Shown here one piece after another: positions 50,242-60,033 of a stretch of 64,000 nt of DNA. Position numbers and translations under genes: made by a program. The DNA comes from an uncultured Shinella sp. (GTDB taxonomy: Bacteria > Pseudomonadota > Alphaproteobacteria > Rhizobiales > Rhizobiaceae): the NCBI GenBank assembly GCA_966243085.1, contig CBIMFD010000001.1, positions 11,710 through 75,709 of the forward strand, read 5' to 3'. The notes under the pieces are model-generated. The model did no database searches, had not been told where the DNA came from, and worked only from the letters and a program-made list of their open reading frames with translations. Within the stretch, counting starts at the first letter, position 1; each line of letters opens with the position of its first letter.

Positions 50242-51117
50242 ATGGAACTCAACCAGATCAGATATTTTCTGAACCTGGCAGATACGCTCAACTTCACAGA
50301 AGCGGCTCTGCGCAGCGGAGTATCGCAGCCTACGCTCACCCGCGCGATCCAGCGGCTTGAACACGAGCTTGGCGGAACGCTGGTCTATCGCGACGGGAAA
50401 GACAGTCGCCTGACGGCGCTTGGTCGCGACATACGATCCGAATTTGCCGCAATCGCGGATCGTGAGCAGCGCGTGCGGGCGATATCCCTGAACAGGGTAT
50501 ACGGCCGCCTTGAAACCGTGACGCTGGGTATCGTAAACACCATTGCCCCGGCGCTCATCACCGGGTTTGTCTCGCACGCGCTTCGGCAGATGCCGATGCT
50601 GGAACTCATCGTCCGGCCTGTCACGCGCGAAGAAGGGCTGGAGCGGCTGCTCAGCGGACAGCTCGACGGCTGTTTCTGCACAGATCCGACAGGCGCAAAC
50701 AGCAAAATCGCGACTGTCGACATGTTCAACGAGCGGCTGCTGCTGGCCATGGCCCAGGCACACGCTCTGGCGACCCAGCCTTCGGTCTCGCTCGCCGACT
50801 TGTCCAAGCAACCATATCTAGACCGCCTTCAGTGCGAATTCCGAACGCGCGTGCAAAACCACCTGCACAAGCGCTCAATCATCATGATTCCGAGGCTTCG
50901 GTCAGAGCGGGAGGATTTGATACAACAGGCCGTCGCCGAAGGCGCCGGCGTTTGTATGTTGCCCGAACGTTCGGCAATCGTGGACGGCCTCACGTTGCGC
51001 CCAGTCGACACGCTGGACCTGTCGCGCAGGGTCGCGTTCCAGTCGGTCTCCGGGTCCGGGACCGCATCCGCCCTGAAGACGCTTCGCATGCTGGTCGAGC
51101 GATATCCGTGGACGTAA
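50242..51117 (+). CDS. LysR family transcriptional regulator
   Basis: MELNQIRYF...NFTEAA...SQPTLTRAIQRLEHELG, with a Cys in DRLQCEFR. Confidence 0.92.
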   Translation: MELNQIRYFLNLADTLNFTEAALRSGVSQPTLTRAIQRLEHELGGTLVYRDGKDSRLTALGRDIRSEFAAIADREQRVRAISLNRVYGRLETVTLGIVNTIAPALITGFVSHALRQMPMLELIVRPVTREEGLERLLSGQLDGCFCTDPTGANSKIATVDMFNERLLLAMAQAHALATQPSVSLADLSKQPYLDRLQCEFRTRVQNHLHKRSIIMIPRLRSEREDLIQQAVAEGAGVCMLPERSAIVDGLTLRPVDTLDLSRRVAFQSVSGSGTASALKTLRMLVERYPWT

Positions 51118-51140
51118 ATTCAAAAGGAATGTTGGCGTCA

Positions 51141-51168
51141 CATCGAAACTATAGCTGCAGCGTATTGG
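51141..51168 (+). promoter_or_regulatory. Putative LysR-binding site, copy 2, upstream of msrBA
   Basis: CATCGAAACTATAGCTGCAGCGTATTGG. Confidence 0.55.
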
Positions 51169-51222
51169 ACACGCGAGGATCGGATATCCATCTTTGGCTG
51201 TAGGAATGCAACGGAGGAATCC

Positions 51223-51669
51223 ATGACAGCTTACAAAAAGACGGAAGCCGCAATCGCCAAGCTGTCGCCCGAGGCGTATCGGGTGACGCAGCAAAATGCG
51301 ACCGAGCGCCCGGGAACCGGCGCGCTTCTCTACAACAAGGAACCGGGCATCTATGTCGACATCGTCTCGGGGGAGCCCTTGTTCGCATCGTCGGACAAAT
51401 ACGAGTCAGGCTGCGGATGGCCGAGTTTCACCAAGCCGATCGAACCGGCGAATGTCGCCGAGCTGCGCGATAATAGTCATGGCATGATCCGCACGGAAGT
51501 GCGCTCGAAGCACGGCGACAGCCATCTCGGACACGTATTTCCCGACGGTCCAAGCGATCGGGGCGGCCTGCGTTATTGCATCAATTCGGCTTCGCTGCGT
51601 TTTGTGCCGCGCGAGAAGATGGCGGCCGAAGGGTACGGAGACTATCTCAACCAGGTGGAGGATATCTGA
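51223..51669 (+). CDS. msrB: Peptide-methionine (R)-S-oxide reductase
   Basis: GCGWPSF, SHLGHVF.DGP and RYCINS. Confidence 0.96.
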   Translation: MTAYKKTEAAIAKLSPEAYRVTQQNATERPGTGALLYNKEPGIYVDIVSGEPLFASSDKYESGCGWPSFTKPIEPANVAELRDNSHGMIRTEVRSKHGDSHLGHVFPDGPSDRGGLRYCINSASLRFVPREKMAAEGYGDYLNQVEDI

Positions 51670-52181
51670 TGACGAGCGAACGTGCTGTTCTGGCAGGGGG
51701 CTGCTTCTGGGGCATGCAGGACCTCATCCGCAAACTGCCCGGCGTGATCTCCACCCGTGTCGGCTATACAGGGGGCGACGTGGCGAACGCGACCTACCGC
51801 AATCACGGCACCCATGCCGAGGCGATCGAGATCATTTTCGACCCTTCCAGAACCAGCTACCGCCGACTGCTGGAATTCTTCTTCCAGATTCACGATCCGA
51901 CGACGCTCAACCGGCAGGGCAACGACCGTGGCACGAGCTACCGTTCGGCGATCTATTTCACCGGCGACGAGCAGAAGGCTGTCGCGCTGGACACGATCGC
52001 GGATGTCGATGCGTCGGGACTATGGCCCGGCAAGGTGGTTACCGAGGTCGAGCCCGTCGGGGATTTCTGGGAGGCCGAGCCCGAGCATCAGGATTATCTC
52101 GAACGTATTCCGAACGGCTATACCTGCCATTTCGCGCGCCCGGGCTGGGTGTTGCCGCGCCGGACGAGTGCCGTCGCCTAG
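51669..52181 (+). CDS. msrA: Peptide-methionine (S)-S-oxide reductase
   Basis: [18 protein letters not shown] and GYTCH. TGATG overlap with msrB. Confidence 0.96.
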   Translation: MTSERAVLAGGCFWGMQDLIRKLPGVISTRVGYTGGDVANATYRNHGTHAEAIEIIFDPSRTSYRRLLEFFFQIHDPTTLNRQGNDRGTSYRSAIYFTGDEQKAVALDTIADVDASGLWPGKVVTEVEPVGDFWEAEPEHQDYLERIPNGYTCHFARPGWVLPRRTSAVA

Positions 52182-52234
52182 AAAAATCCATGGCTCACGG
52201 CATCGGTGTCGTGAGCCCGTAAGGAACGTTTTAT

Positions 52235-52468
52235 GACGTCAACACCTTCGACCGGGCGCGAGATAATCAGCTACGATACGGGCTGCGCCTCCCCTTCGGG
52301 CACGCGGACCTGGCTTCGGCAGGCGCGGTGCCCTCGATCATGGAGGCATACCGTTCCGTTGGAGCACCCTGGTTCGTGATGATCGCGCCCGATGGCCGCG
52401 TCATCCACGACGGGTTCCAGCTCGATGCCAAGAGCCTTATCCGGACACTCCGGCCGCGCGCCGCCTGA
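52235..52468 (+). pseudogene. C-terminal remnant of a TlpA/AhpC-TSA-like redoxin
   Basis: Frame reads DVNTFDRARDNQLRYGLRLPFGH...SIMEAYRSVGAPWFVMIAPDGRV..DGFQLD*. In-frame TAA at 52220, no start codon at the 5' end and no CxxC. Confidence 0.6.
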
Positions 52469-52636
52469 TCCTGAGCGACCGGACGGCGACGCCACCGACG
52501 CGCGTGACCGAGGAAAAATGCAGGTTGCCGCCACGAAAGGGGGTGTCGCCCCTCCTGGACTCGTGCGAGAACGGCGTCTTCATTGTCACAGTCTCGCGGG
52601 GCGTGCCGCCCGGTCCAGAGCAAGCTGAAGCGCAGA

Positions 52637-54016
52637 ATGGCCGACTTATACCGCAAATCGAAACTGCTCCGGCGCTCCCGCGTCTTCTGGGGGTCCTTCT
52701 CGCTCTGGCGCCCGCGTCTCGTGTTCTGGTGTGGAGCAATCGCGACCGGTGTGATCAGCGTCGGTTTTGCCAAGCTCGCGGACCTTGCCCAGCACGTATT
52801 TGCACAGTTCACCACGGCCACGGAATGGAGCTTCCTGCTGCCGCTCCTTGTCACGCCCGCCGGCTTCGCGCTGTCGGCCTTTCTGGCGATCCGGCTTTTC
52901 CCGAACTCCCAGGGCAGCGGCATTCCGCAGGCGATCGCCGCGCGGCACCTGAAGGACGACGAGGATCGCAGCAGGCTGCTGTCCCTGCGGATCGCCTTCG
53001 GCAAGATCATGCTGACCGTGCTCGGCCTTCTTTCTGGCGCCTCCATCGGGCGTGAAGGGCCGACGGTCCAGGTCGGAGCCTCCATCATGCTGGCCGTCGC
53101 GCGCTTCGGCGGCATGGCGCAGGCAAGAGGCCTCATTCTCGCCGGCTCGGCCGCCGGCATCGCCGCCGCCTTCAACACGCCGCTCGCCGGCATCGTCTTC
53201 GCCATCGAGGAAATGAGCCGCACCTACGAGGCACGCGCCAACGGCTTCGTGCTCGCCGCCGTCATCCTCTCCGGCCTTGCCGCGCTCGGCATTTCCGGCA
53301 GCTACCATTATTTCGGCTCCACGTCGGTCGCGCCGGCTGACATGCGCGACTGGTGCCTTGTCCTCGTCTGCGGCATCGGCGGGGGAGCCCTCGGCGCCGC
53401 CTTCAGCGGCTTGGCGCTCCATTTCGGCCAGCGCATCCGCCGCTGGGCCCAGCCCGAACCGATGAAGCGCATGGTGCTGTTCGCCCTTGCCTGCGGGCTT
53501 GCCATTGCCGTCATCGGCGTCGTTTCCGGCGGCCGCACCTTCGGCACGGGCTATAGCGAAGCCAGAAGCGCCGTGCAGGGCGAGGCTCTTCCCCTCCTCT
53601 TCTTCCTGGAAAAATTCGTGGCGGGCTTTCTGTCCATGCTATCCGGGATACCGGGCGGCATCTTCGCCCCTTCGCTTTCCGTCGGCGCGGGACTCGGCAG
53701 CACGGTCGGCTCGCTTCTCGGCACCAGCGTCGCGCTTGCCGCCGTCCTCGGCATGGCCGGCTATTTCGCGGGCGTCGTGCAGGCCCCGATGACCGCTTTC
53801 GTCATCATTCTCGAAATGACCGGCGACCACGACGCGGTCATCCCGCTGATGGCCGTTTCCATGCTTGGCTATCTCACCTCCCGCATCCTTTCCCGCGAAC
53901 CTCTCTACCACGGCCTCTCTCGCGTCTTCATCGCCGCGTCGATCCGCGCCCGGCGCGCCGCCGAGAAGGGTTCGCAGGAACCCCGCCCGATTCCTGGTGA
54001 TGACCATCGGGGATGA
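52637..54016 (+). CDS. ClC family chloride channel/antiporter
   Basis: GSGIP, GREGP, AFNTPLAG..FAIEE and GGIFAP. Confidence 0.92.
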   Translation: MADLYRKSKLLRRSRVFWGSFSLWRPRLVFWCGAIATGVISVGFAKLADLAQHVFAQFTTATEWSFLLPLLVTPAGFALSAFLAIRLFPNSQGSGIPQAIAARHLKDDEDRSRLLSLRIAFGKIMLTVLGLLSGASIGREGPTVQVGASIMLAVARFGGMAQARGLILAGSAAGIAAAFNTPLAGIVFAIEEMSRTYEARANGFVLAAVILSGLAALGISGSYHYFGSTSVAPADMRDWCLVLVCGIGGGALGAAFSGLALHFGQRIRRWAQPEPMKRMVLFALACGLAIAVIGVVSGGRTFGTGYSEARSAVQGEALPLLFFLEKFVAGFLSMLSGIPGGIFAPSLSVGAGLGSTVGSLLGTSVALAAVLGMAGYFAGVVQAPMTAFVIILEMTGDHDAVIPLMAVSMLGYLTSRILSREPLYHGLSRVFIAASIRARRAAEKGSQEPRPIPGDDHRG

Positions 54017-54587
54017 GGAGTGCCAGTGCGGGGCCCACGACGCCTTCCAGAAGAGAACGATCAGGCCGGACGCGCGCGAGCACGCGAATTCCGACAAGAA
54101 CGCCGAGCAGGTGCCGGGCCAGATCCTCGGCGGTGTGCGACGTGGTCACAGACCCCTCCGCCTGGCCACGGGAAACGCTCCGCCGGAAGAAATCCTCTAT
54201 GCGCACTAAAACACAGGCGACGTCCTCCTGGAACGTCGGATCGTGCGGTGCCACATCGAGCGCCGCATTTACCAGCATACAGCCTTTCCGCTCCTCGTCC
54301 TCTACCGACCGGCGCAGGACTTCGTCAAAAAATGCGCAGATGGCCTGTCGCGGCTCCATGGCCTCGCAGCGGCTCATGCGCTCGCCGATCCCCTCATCGA
54401 CGTAGTGATCAAGGGCGCGCTGATATAAGGCGCGCTTGTCACCGAACGCATTGTAGAGGCTTGCGCCGGTGAGCCCGGTCGCGGCGATCAGGTCGCGGAC
54501 AGACGTAGCTTCGTAGCCGCGGCTCCAAAAGCATCGGACCGCTGCATCCAGTACGGCCACTTCATCGAATTTTCGTGGCCTGGCCAT
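53928..54587 (-). CDS. TetR/AcrR family regulator (NemR/ComR-like)
   Basis: MARPRKFDE, FWSRGYEATS, SLYNAFGDK and GCMLVN. SD GGAGG. Confidence 0.9.
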   Translation of the reverse strand: MARPRKFDEVAVLDAAVRCFWSRGYEATSVRDLIAATGLTGASLYNAFGDKRALYQRALDHYVDEGIGERMSRCEAMEPRQAICAFFDEVLRRSVEDEERKGCMLVNAALDVAPHDPTFQEDVACVLVRIEDFFRRSVSRGQAEGSVTTSHTAEDLARHLLGVLVGIRVLARVRPDRSLLEGVVGPALALLIPDGHHQESGGVPANPSRRRAGRGSTRR

Positions 54588-54638
54588 TTTGCCTCCTGTC
54601 GATCGGCGCCGGCGGCACCTTGCATTCCACGCTGTCGC

Positions 54639-54672
54639 ATTGCATTTTAGAACGACCGAACTAAAATGCAAT
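54639..54672. promoter_or_regulatory. TetR operator palindrome
   Basis: ATTGCATTTTAG-N10-CTAAAATGCAAT (perfect 12-bp arms) between the divergent TetR and GST genes. Confidence 0.75.
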
Positions 54673-54729
54673 CGGTGCCGTTCGCCGTGATGACCGTTTG
54701 CTCTGAGTAGCCAGCCGAAAGGAAAGTCT

Positions 54730-55428
54730 GTGATCCGCTTCTACTTCCATCCGACGCCGAATCCCGCGAAAGTCGCCCTGTTCTTGGAGGAAGCAGGCGT
54801 CCCGTACGAGCTGATCCCCGTCGATACCAGCAGGGGCGAGCAGCATGCGCCGGCCTTCCGTGCCATCAATCCGAACGGGAAAGTACCTGCGATCGTGGAT
54901 ACGGACGGGCCGGGCGGGCGCGAGGTGCGCGTTTTCGACTCCACGGCGATCCTCATCTATCTCGCCGAAAAGACGGGGAAGTTTCTCGGCAAGACGGACG
55001 AGCGGCCGGAATTGCTGTCCTGGCTGCTGTTTATCGCTTCGGGCCTCGGTCCGTTCTCGGGTCAGTCCGTTCATTTCCAATTCGCCGCGCCGGAAGGACT
55101 GGACTATGCGGTGAACCGCTATCGCCGGGAGGCGGAGCGGCACTACGAGGTGCTGAACGACCATCTCGAAGGGCGCAGCTACATTGTCGGCGACACCTAT
55201 ACCATCGCCGATATGTCGGCCTGGGGGTGGCTGGACCGGGCTTCCAGGGTGCGCAAGGGGGCCGAGGACCCGCTTGCACCTTTCCCGAATCTGAAGCGCC
55301 TGTTCGAGATCGTCGACGGCAGGCCCGCGGTCGCCCGCGCCCGGCAGGTCGGCAAGGAGCACGAGTTCAAGAGGGTGAACGACGAGGAGACAAAGCGAGC
55401 GCTCTTCCCGTCGAACTATCCTGTCTAA
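54730..55428 (+). CDS. Glutathione S-transferase (Nu-class / YfcG-like)
   Basis: HPTPNP, INPNGKVPAI, FDSTAIL and YTIADM. Confidence 0.9.
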   Translation: MIRFYFHPTPNPAKVALFLEEAGVPYELIPVDTSRGEQHAPAFRAINPNGKVPAIVDTDGPGGREVRVFDSTAILIYLAEKTGKFLGKTDERPELLSWLLFIASGLGPFSGQSVHFQFAAPEGLDYAVNRYRREAERHYEVLNDHLEGRSYIVGDTYTIADMSAWGWLDRASRVRKGAEDPLAPFPNLKRLFEIVDGRPAVARARQVGKEHEFKRVNDEETKRALFPSNYPV

Positions 55429-55456
55429 ACCGCATCAACTCACAGCAGGAGCGATC

Positions 55457-56335
55457 ATGACCGAACAATCCAGTTACACACCGCCGAAAGTCTGGACCTG
55501 GGAGAAGGGCAACGGCGGCCAGTTCGCCAATATCAACCGCCCGAACGCCGGCCCGACCCATGACAAGGAACTGCCTGTCGGCAAGCACCCGTTCCAGCTC
55601 TATTCCCTGGGCACGCCGAACGGCCAGAAGGTCACCATCATGTTCGAGGAACTGCTGGAGGCGGGTCATAAGGGCGCTGAGTATGATGCCTGGCTGATCA
55701 AGATCGGCGACGGCGACCAGTTCGGTTCCGGCTTCGTGGAGGTCAACCCGAACTCGAAGATCCCCGCACTGATGGACCGCTCCGGCCCCGCGCCGATCCG
55801 CATCTTCGAATCCGGCGCGATCCTGATGCATCTGGCGGAAAAGTTCGGTGCCTTCCTGCCGACCCGACAACCCGCTCGCGCCGAAACGCTGTCCTGGCTT
55901 TTCTGGCAGATGGGGTCCGCACCCTTCCTCGGCGGCGGCTTTGGCCATTTCTATGCCTATGCGCCAGAGAAGATCAAATACGCCATCGACCGCTACGCGA
56001 TGGAGACGAAGCGCCAACTGGACGTGCTCGACCGGCGCCTTGCCGACAACGAATACGTCGCGGGCTCCGAATACACCATTGCCGACATGGCGATCTGGCC
56101 CTGGTATGGCGGGCTGGTGAAGGGCTGGCAGTATGGCGACGCCGCACAGTTCCTCTCCACCCACGAGTACAAGCACGTCAACCGTTGGGCCGAGCAGGTT
56201 TTCAAGCGGCCTGGCGTCACGCGCGGCCGCAAAGTCAACCGCATCTCGGGTGATCCGTCGAGCCAACTTCCCGAGCGGCACGACGCCAGCGACTTCCTGA
56301 CGATCCCTCCTGATCCGGCAACGGACTCTCTCTGA
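55457..56335 (+). CDS. yghU: Glutathione-dependent disulfide-bond oxidoreductase YghU
   Basis: YTPPKVWTW, LYSLGTPNG, NPNSKIP and ERHDASDF. Confidence 0.92.
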   Translation: MTEQSSYTPPKVWTWEKGNGGQFANINRPNAGPTHDKELPVGKHPFQLYSLGTPNGQKVTIMFEELLEAGHKGAEYDAWLIKIGDGDQFGSGFVEVNPNSKIPALMDRSGPAPIRIFESGAILMHLAEKFGAFLPTRQPARAETLSWLFWQMGSAPFLGGGFGHFYAYAPEKIKYAIDRYAMETKRQLDVLDRRLADNEYVAGSEYTIADMAIWPWYGGLVKGWQYGDAAQFLSTHEYKHVNRWAEQVFKRPGVTRGRKVNRISGDPSSQLPERHDASDFLTIPPDPATDSL

Positions 56336-56362
56336 GCGCCTGCGAGCGATTCAGCGCCAATC

Positions 56363-58363
56363 TCACGCAGGCGGGATCGTGGTCGCAGGCGGTTCCGGCC
56401 TTTCCTGCCGCCTTCTGACGACGTGAACGATCAACCCGCTCACGATCGTCGCGGCGCCGACCGCCATGAAGATCGGCTCCATCACCAGCAGCGCGATGGA
56501 GCCGACACCGAGCAGGGCGCGCTCGGTCCATCCGGCGGGGCCCAGCAGCCAGCCGCCGGTCGCTACTGCGAGCGCGGAGACCGCAACGACGGAAATGAAG
56601 AATGCAAGCAGGACCGTCTGCCATCCGCCCTGGAGCAGGAGGCCTATTCCAGGCTCGGACAACACGAAGATGAACGGAACCAGGAAGGCCGATAACGTGT
56701 ATCGCCACGTCAGCCACATGGTCTTGACCGGCTTGCCACCCGTAATGGCGGAAGCCGCGAACGGCGAGAGCGCAGTCGGCGGAGAAACCTCGCTCAGCAC
56801 GGAATAGTAGAAGATGAACATGGCCGCCGCGTAGGCCGGCACGCCGACATTTTGCAGGGCCGGGCCGATGATCACCCAGGAGATGATGAAGCTTGCAGTC
56901 ACCGGAACGGCAAGGCCGAGCAGAACGACCGATATCGCAGAGAACAGGGCGGTAAGCGTCAGGTTGCCGCCGGCGAGCATGACGATGATGTTCGCCAGCT
57001 TGAGCCCGAGCCCTGTCAGCGTCATCACGCCGACGATCAGTCCCGCAGCCGCCATGACCGGCACGACCGACAGCGCGCCGGTCGCCCCTTCCGCGAGCGC
57101 GGCCCATATGCGCCGGGGCGTCATCCAGGACTCGCGATGCAGGAAGCTGAGGACGAAGGCGAGCCCGGTCGCATAGAGCACGGCGCGGAACGGGGTCATC
57201 CCCATCGCCATGAACACCACGATCGCGACCAGCGAGCTGAAGTGATACCCGAAATGCATGAGCAGCCGGCCGACGGGCTGGACCTCGAATTCCACCGGCC
57301 GGGTCCTGAAGCGCCGCGCGTCCATCTCGATCGCCAGGATGATGCCGAGGTAATAAAGGAGCGTCGGAATGGTCGCCCAGATCAGAACTTGCAGATAGGA
57401 AACGCCGAGCAGCGCGGCGATGATGAAGGCGGCGGCGCCCAATGTCGGCGGCGACATAATGGCGCCGATGCCGGCCGCGGCGAGGACGGCACCACCGTGT
57501 TCCTGAGGATATCCCGCCTTGCGCAGGAGCGGCCAGGATATGCCGCCCAGCGTCACGGTGGTGGCGACGCCGGAGCCGGAAACGGTGCCGAGCAGGAAGC
57601 CGGCCAGCGTCACGGTCCTGCCTGGTCCTGCCTGCGACTGCCCGAAGGCGGAAAAGGACAGGTCGATGAAGAAGCGCGTGGCGCCGGACCCGTTCAGAAC
57701 CGCGCCATAAATCGTGAAGAGGATGATGTAGCTCGCCGCCACGTCCGTGGGCACGCCGAACAGGCCTTGTGTGCCCATCACGTTGTGGCCGACCAGCCGC
57801 GCCCATTCAAAGGTCGCCGTGCCGAAAGGCGCCGGGAAGACGTCGCCCCAGAACGCGTAGCCGAAGAAGGCGACGACCACCAGCGGCACCAGCAGCCCTA
57901 CGGTCCGGCGGGCTGTCTCCAAAGTGGCGACGATGGCGATGGTCCCCATGACCAGGTCGACGGGCGTCGGGATGATCGCCCGCCGGAAGAACGAATCCCA
58001 GTCCCAGATGATATAGGCGAACGGGACGATCGTGATCGCCGCCAGCAGCCAGTCGACGGCATGCGGATTGTCGGGACGTTCGGCCCCGTTCGAGGCTTCG
58101 GGCCGGCTCCAGCCGCGATAGACCAGGAAGGTCATCGGCAGGGTGATCATCAGGAAGGCGGGAAGGTAGAACTGCGTCGCCATCGGATTGAACACCCAAT
58201 AGAGCGCGAAGAGCGACAGGCCGACGCCGATCGCCTGGACCGCGAGAAGCGGGAAGCCGCTCAGCCGGCGGGCCGGTTTTTCCGACTCGTATTCGGCGAG
58301 CAGCGCCTCTTCGTCGAACGCCGGATCCTGCTCAACAGCGCCAAGGCTTGATCGGTCGGTCAT
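56363..58363 (-). CDS. TRAP transporter fused permease (TAXI-type DctM/Q)
   Basis: About 666 aa, multi-TM. GTVSGSGVAT, IMSPPTLGAAAF and SEVSPPTAL. Confidence 0.92.
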   Translation of the reverse strand: MTDRSSLGAVEQDPAFDEEALLAEYESEKPARRLSGFPLLAVQAIGVGLSLFALYWVFNPMATQFYLPAFLMITLPMTFLVYRGWSRPEASNGAERPDNPHAVDWLLAAITIVPFAYIIWDWDSFFRRAIIPTPVDLVMGTIAIVATLETARRTVGLLVPLVVVAFFGYAFWGDVFPAPFGTATFEWARLVGHNVMGTQGLFGVPTDVAASYIILFTIYGAVLNGSGATRFFIDLSFSAFGQSQAGPGRTVTLAGFLLGTVSGSGVATTVTLGGISWPLLRKAGYPQEHGGAVLAAAGIGAIMSPPTLGAAAFIIAALLGVSYLQVLIWATIPTLLYYLGIILAIEMDARRFRTRPVEFEVQPVGRLLMHFGYHFSSLVAIVVFMAMGMTPFRAVLYATGLAFVLSFLHRESWMTPRRIWAALAEGATGALSVVPVMAAAGLIVGVMTLTGLGLKLANIIVMLAGGNLTLTALFSAISVVLLGLAVPVTASFIISWVIIGPALQNVGVPAYAAAMFIFYYSVLSEVSPPTALSPFAASAITGGKPVKTMWLTWRYTLSAFLVPFIFVLSEPGIGLLLQGGWQTVLLAFFISVVAVSALAVATGGWLLGPAGWTERALLGVGSIALLVMEPIFMAVGAATIVSGLIVHVVRRRQERPEPPATTIPPA

Positions 58364-58878
58364 GGCTTCTCCTCAATATCCAGAACAACGAAGGGATGCG
58401 CGTTCTCGACCAGCCGCCACAGTTCGAGCGGCGGCTCTCCCAGAACATGCACGGTACGCTTGCCAAGATCGGTCGCAGCAATCGACAATGTCTCGAGCAC
58501 CGCGAGCCTGCCGGGGTCCGGTCGCACGACCCATTTGCGGCGGTCCGTTCCGGCCGCGCGCTGAGGCGCGGCCGAAACGGCATAATATTCCTCCAGCACG
58601 GCCAACTGGTCGGCCGCGATCTCGACGAGGCAGTAGCGGCCGTCGGGCAGAACCGCGTATCGTTCCTCGGCCAACGTGCCGTAGAGCGAATTGCGATAGC
58701 TGACGGCAAAGCGCCGGCCGGCAAGGGGCACCCGCGCCAACACCTCGCCGTCATCGCCACGAATGGCGATGACCTGCGTGGCTCCGGCTTGCCCGGCATC
58801 GAGCGCGCTCGCCGCGACGCCCGATGCCGTCAGGCAGGCAAATATGGCGGTCGCGACCGCCGGCTTCGACAGAAGCAT
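58360..58878 (-). CDS. DUF1850-like accessory protein of the TAXI-TRAP system
   Basis: Lies between the TAXI SBP and the permease. Signal peptide and FAVSYRNSLYGTLAEERY. Confidence 0.65.
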   Translation of the reverse strand: MLLSKPAVATAIFACLTASGVAASALDAGQAGATQVIAIRGDDGEVLARVPLAGRRFAVSYRNSLYGTLAEERYAVLPDGRYCLVEIAADQLAVLEEYYAVSAAPQRAAGTDRRKWVVRPDPGRLAVLETLSIAATDLGKRTVHVLGEPPLELWRLVENAHPFVVLDIEEKP

Positions 58879-59835
58879 CTAGCCCTTGACCTTGTCGTAA
58901 TAGGCCTGTGCGCCCGGGCAGGTCTTGATGAAGGAGATCTTGCCGGCTGTGGAGGCATCGAGTTCCTTGGCCGCCGGATGCACCTTCACGAGATCCTCCT
59001 TGTTGTCGAAGATGGCGGCGGTGATGTTCTGCTGCAGCGTCACATCCATGTCGGTCCGTGCCACCAGCACGTTCGGCGAGGCGATCACCGATACGGCCTC
59101 CGTCTGACCCTGATAGGTATTGGCGGGCACGTCCTGTGCGACATAGTAGCCGCCATACTTGCCGGCGAGCGCGTCGGCGTATTCGCCGATCGGGATGATC
59201 TTCATTTCTCCGGTGCTCGCAAGATCGACCAGGGCGCCGGTCGGCAGGCCGCCGGACCAGAATCCGGCATCGATCGTGCCGTCGCGCAACGCCGCCACCG
59301 TCTCGGCCGCGCCGAGCTGCCGCCGGTCGATGTCGGCCGAAGGATCGAGGCCCGCCGCCTCGAGGATGCGGATCGCACCCACTTCGGTCGCCGAACCGGG
59401 CGCGCCGACCGAGACGCTCTTGCCCTTCAGGTCCGCAACGCTCTTGATCCCCGTGCTTTGCGTGGTGATCGGCTGCATGAAGTTGCTGTACATGGTGCCG
59501 ATCGCACAGACGTCCAGGGCCTCATCGAAGGGCGCCTCGCCCGCGACCGCCGCCGCCACCGTGTCGCCCACAGCAATGGCGAGCGCCGCCGCGCCGGTCT
59601 TGAGCAGAAGCATGTTGTCCACCGAGGCGTTGGTCTCCTGGACGGTGGCGTCGTAGCCGGCGACATTCTCCCGAATCTCCGTCGCGATGCCGCCGCCGAG
59701 CGGATAGTAGACGCCGCCCGTGCCGCCGGTGGCGATGGACAGGTTGACGGTCTGGGCGCTTGCGGACGTCCCCAAAAGCAGCGCGGGCAGCAGGAGCCCG
59801 GCGGCGGAAAACAGTTTCGTGGCATTGAAATGCAT
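58879..59835 (-). CDS. TAXI family TRAP transporter solute-binding subunit
   Basis: IATGGTGGVYYPLGG, ASVDN, VGAPGS.TE and DGTIDAGFWSGG.P. Confidence 0.93.
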   Translation of the reverse strand: MHFNATKLFSAAGLLLPALLLGTSASAQTVNLSIATGGTGGVYYPLGGGIATEIRENVAGYDATVQETNASVDNMLLLKTGAAALAIAVGDTVAAAVAGEAPFDEALDVCAIGTMYSNFMQPITTQSTGIKSVADLKGKSVSVGAPGSATEVGAIRILEAAGLDPSADIDRRQLGAAETVAALRDGTIDAGFWSGGLPTGALVDLASTGEMKIIPIGEYADALAGKYGGYYVAQDVPANTYQGQTEAVSVIASPNVLVARTDMDVTLQQNITAAIFDNKEDLVKVHPAAKELDASTAGKISFIKTCPGAQAYYDKVKG

Positions 59836-59894
59836 TGCAATTCCTCCCTGATTGCCGGCCGGCCCGAAGGATCGAGGCCCGCCGCTTTCGGATT

Positions 59895-60031
59895 AGCACG
59901 ATGCGTGCCAGAAGCGATTTTTCATGGTGAGGCGAGTCTTTTCAACGGTTTATGATCGTGTGCTTCCAGCGTGGCAGCGCTTGGCGGGCAAGACTCCGCC
60001 CGATTCCTCCCGCCCTTGGCGGATTCTTGCC
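59895..60031 (-). promoter_or_regulatory. Sigma54 promoter with IHF-like site and paired enhancer (UAS) sites
   Basis: TGGCACGCATCGTGCT (59895-59910, minus strand). IHF-like TTTCAACGGTTTA (59940-59952). Inverted pair GGCAAGACTCCGCC (59987-60000) / GGCGGATTCTTGCC (60018-60031). Confidence 0.7.
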
Positions 60032-60033
60032 GA

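Noticed and set aside
52637-54016. ClC as a fluoride exporter with a fluoride riboswitch
   Set aside because: It has the chloride-type GSGIP/GREGP signatures rather than the CLC-F ones, and no fluoride riboswitch consensus was seen upstream.
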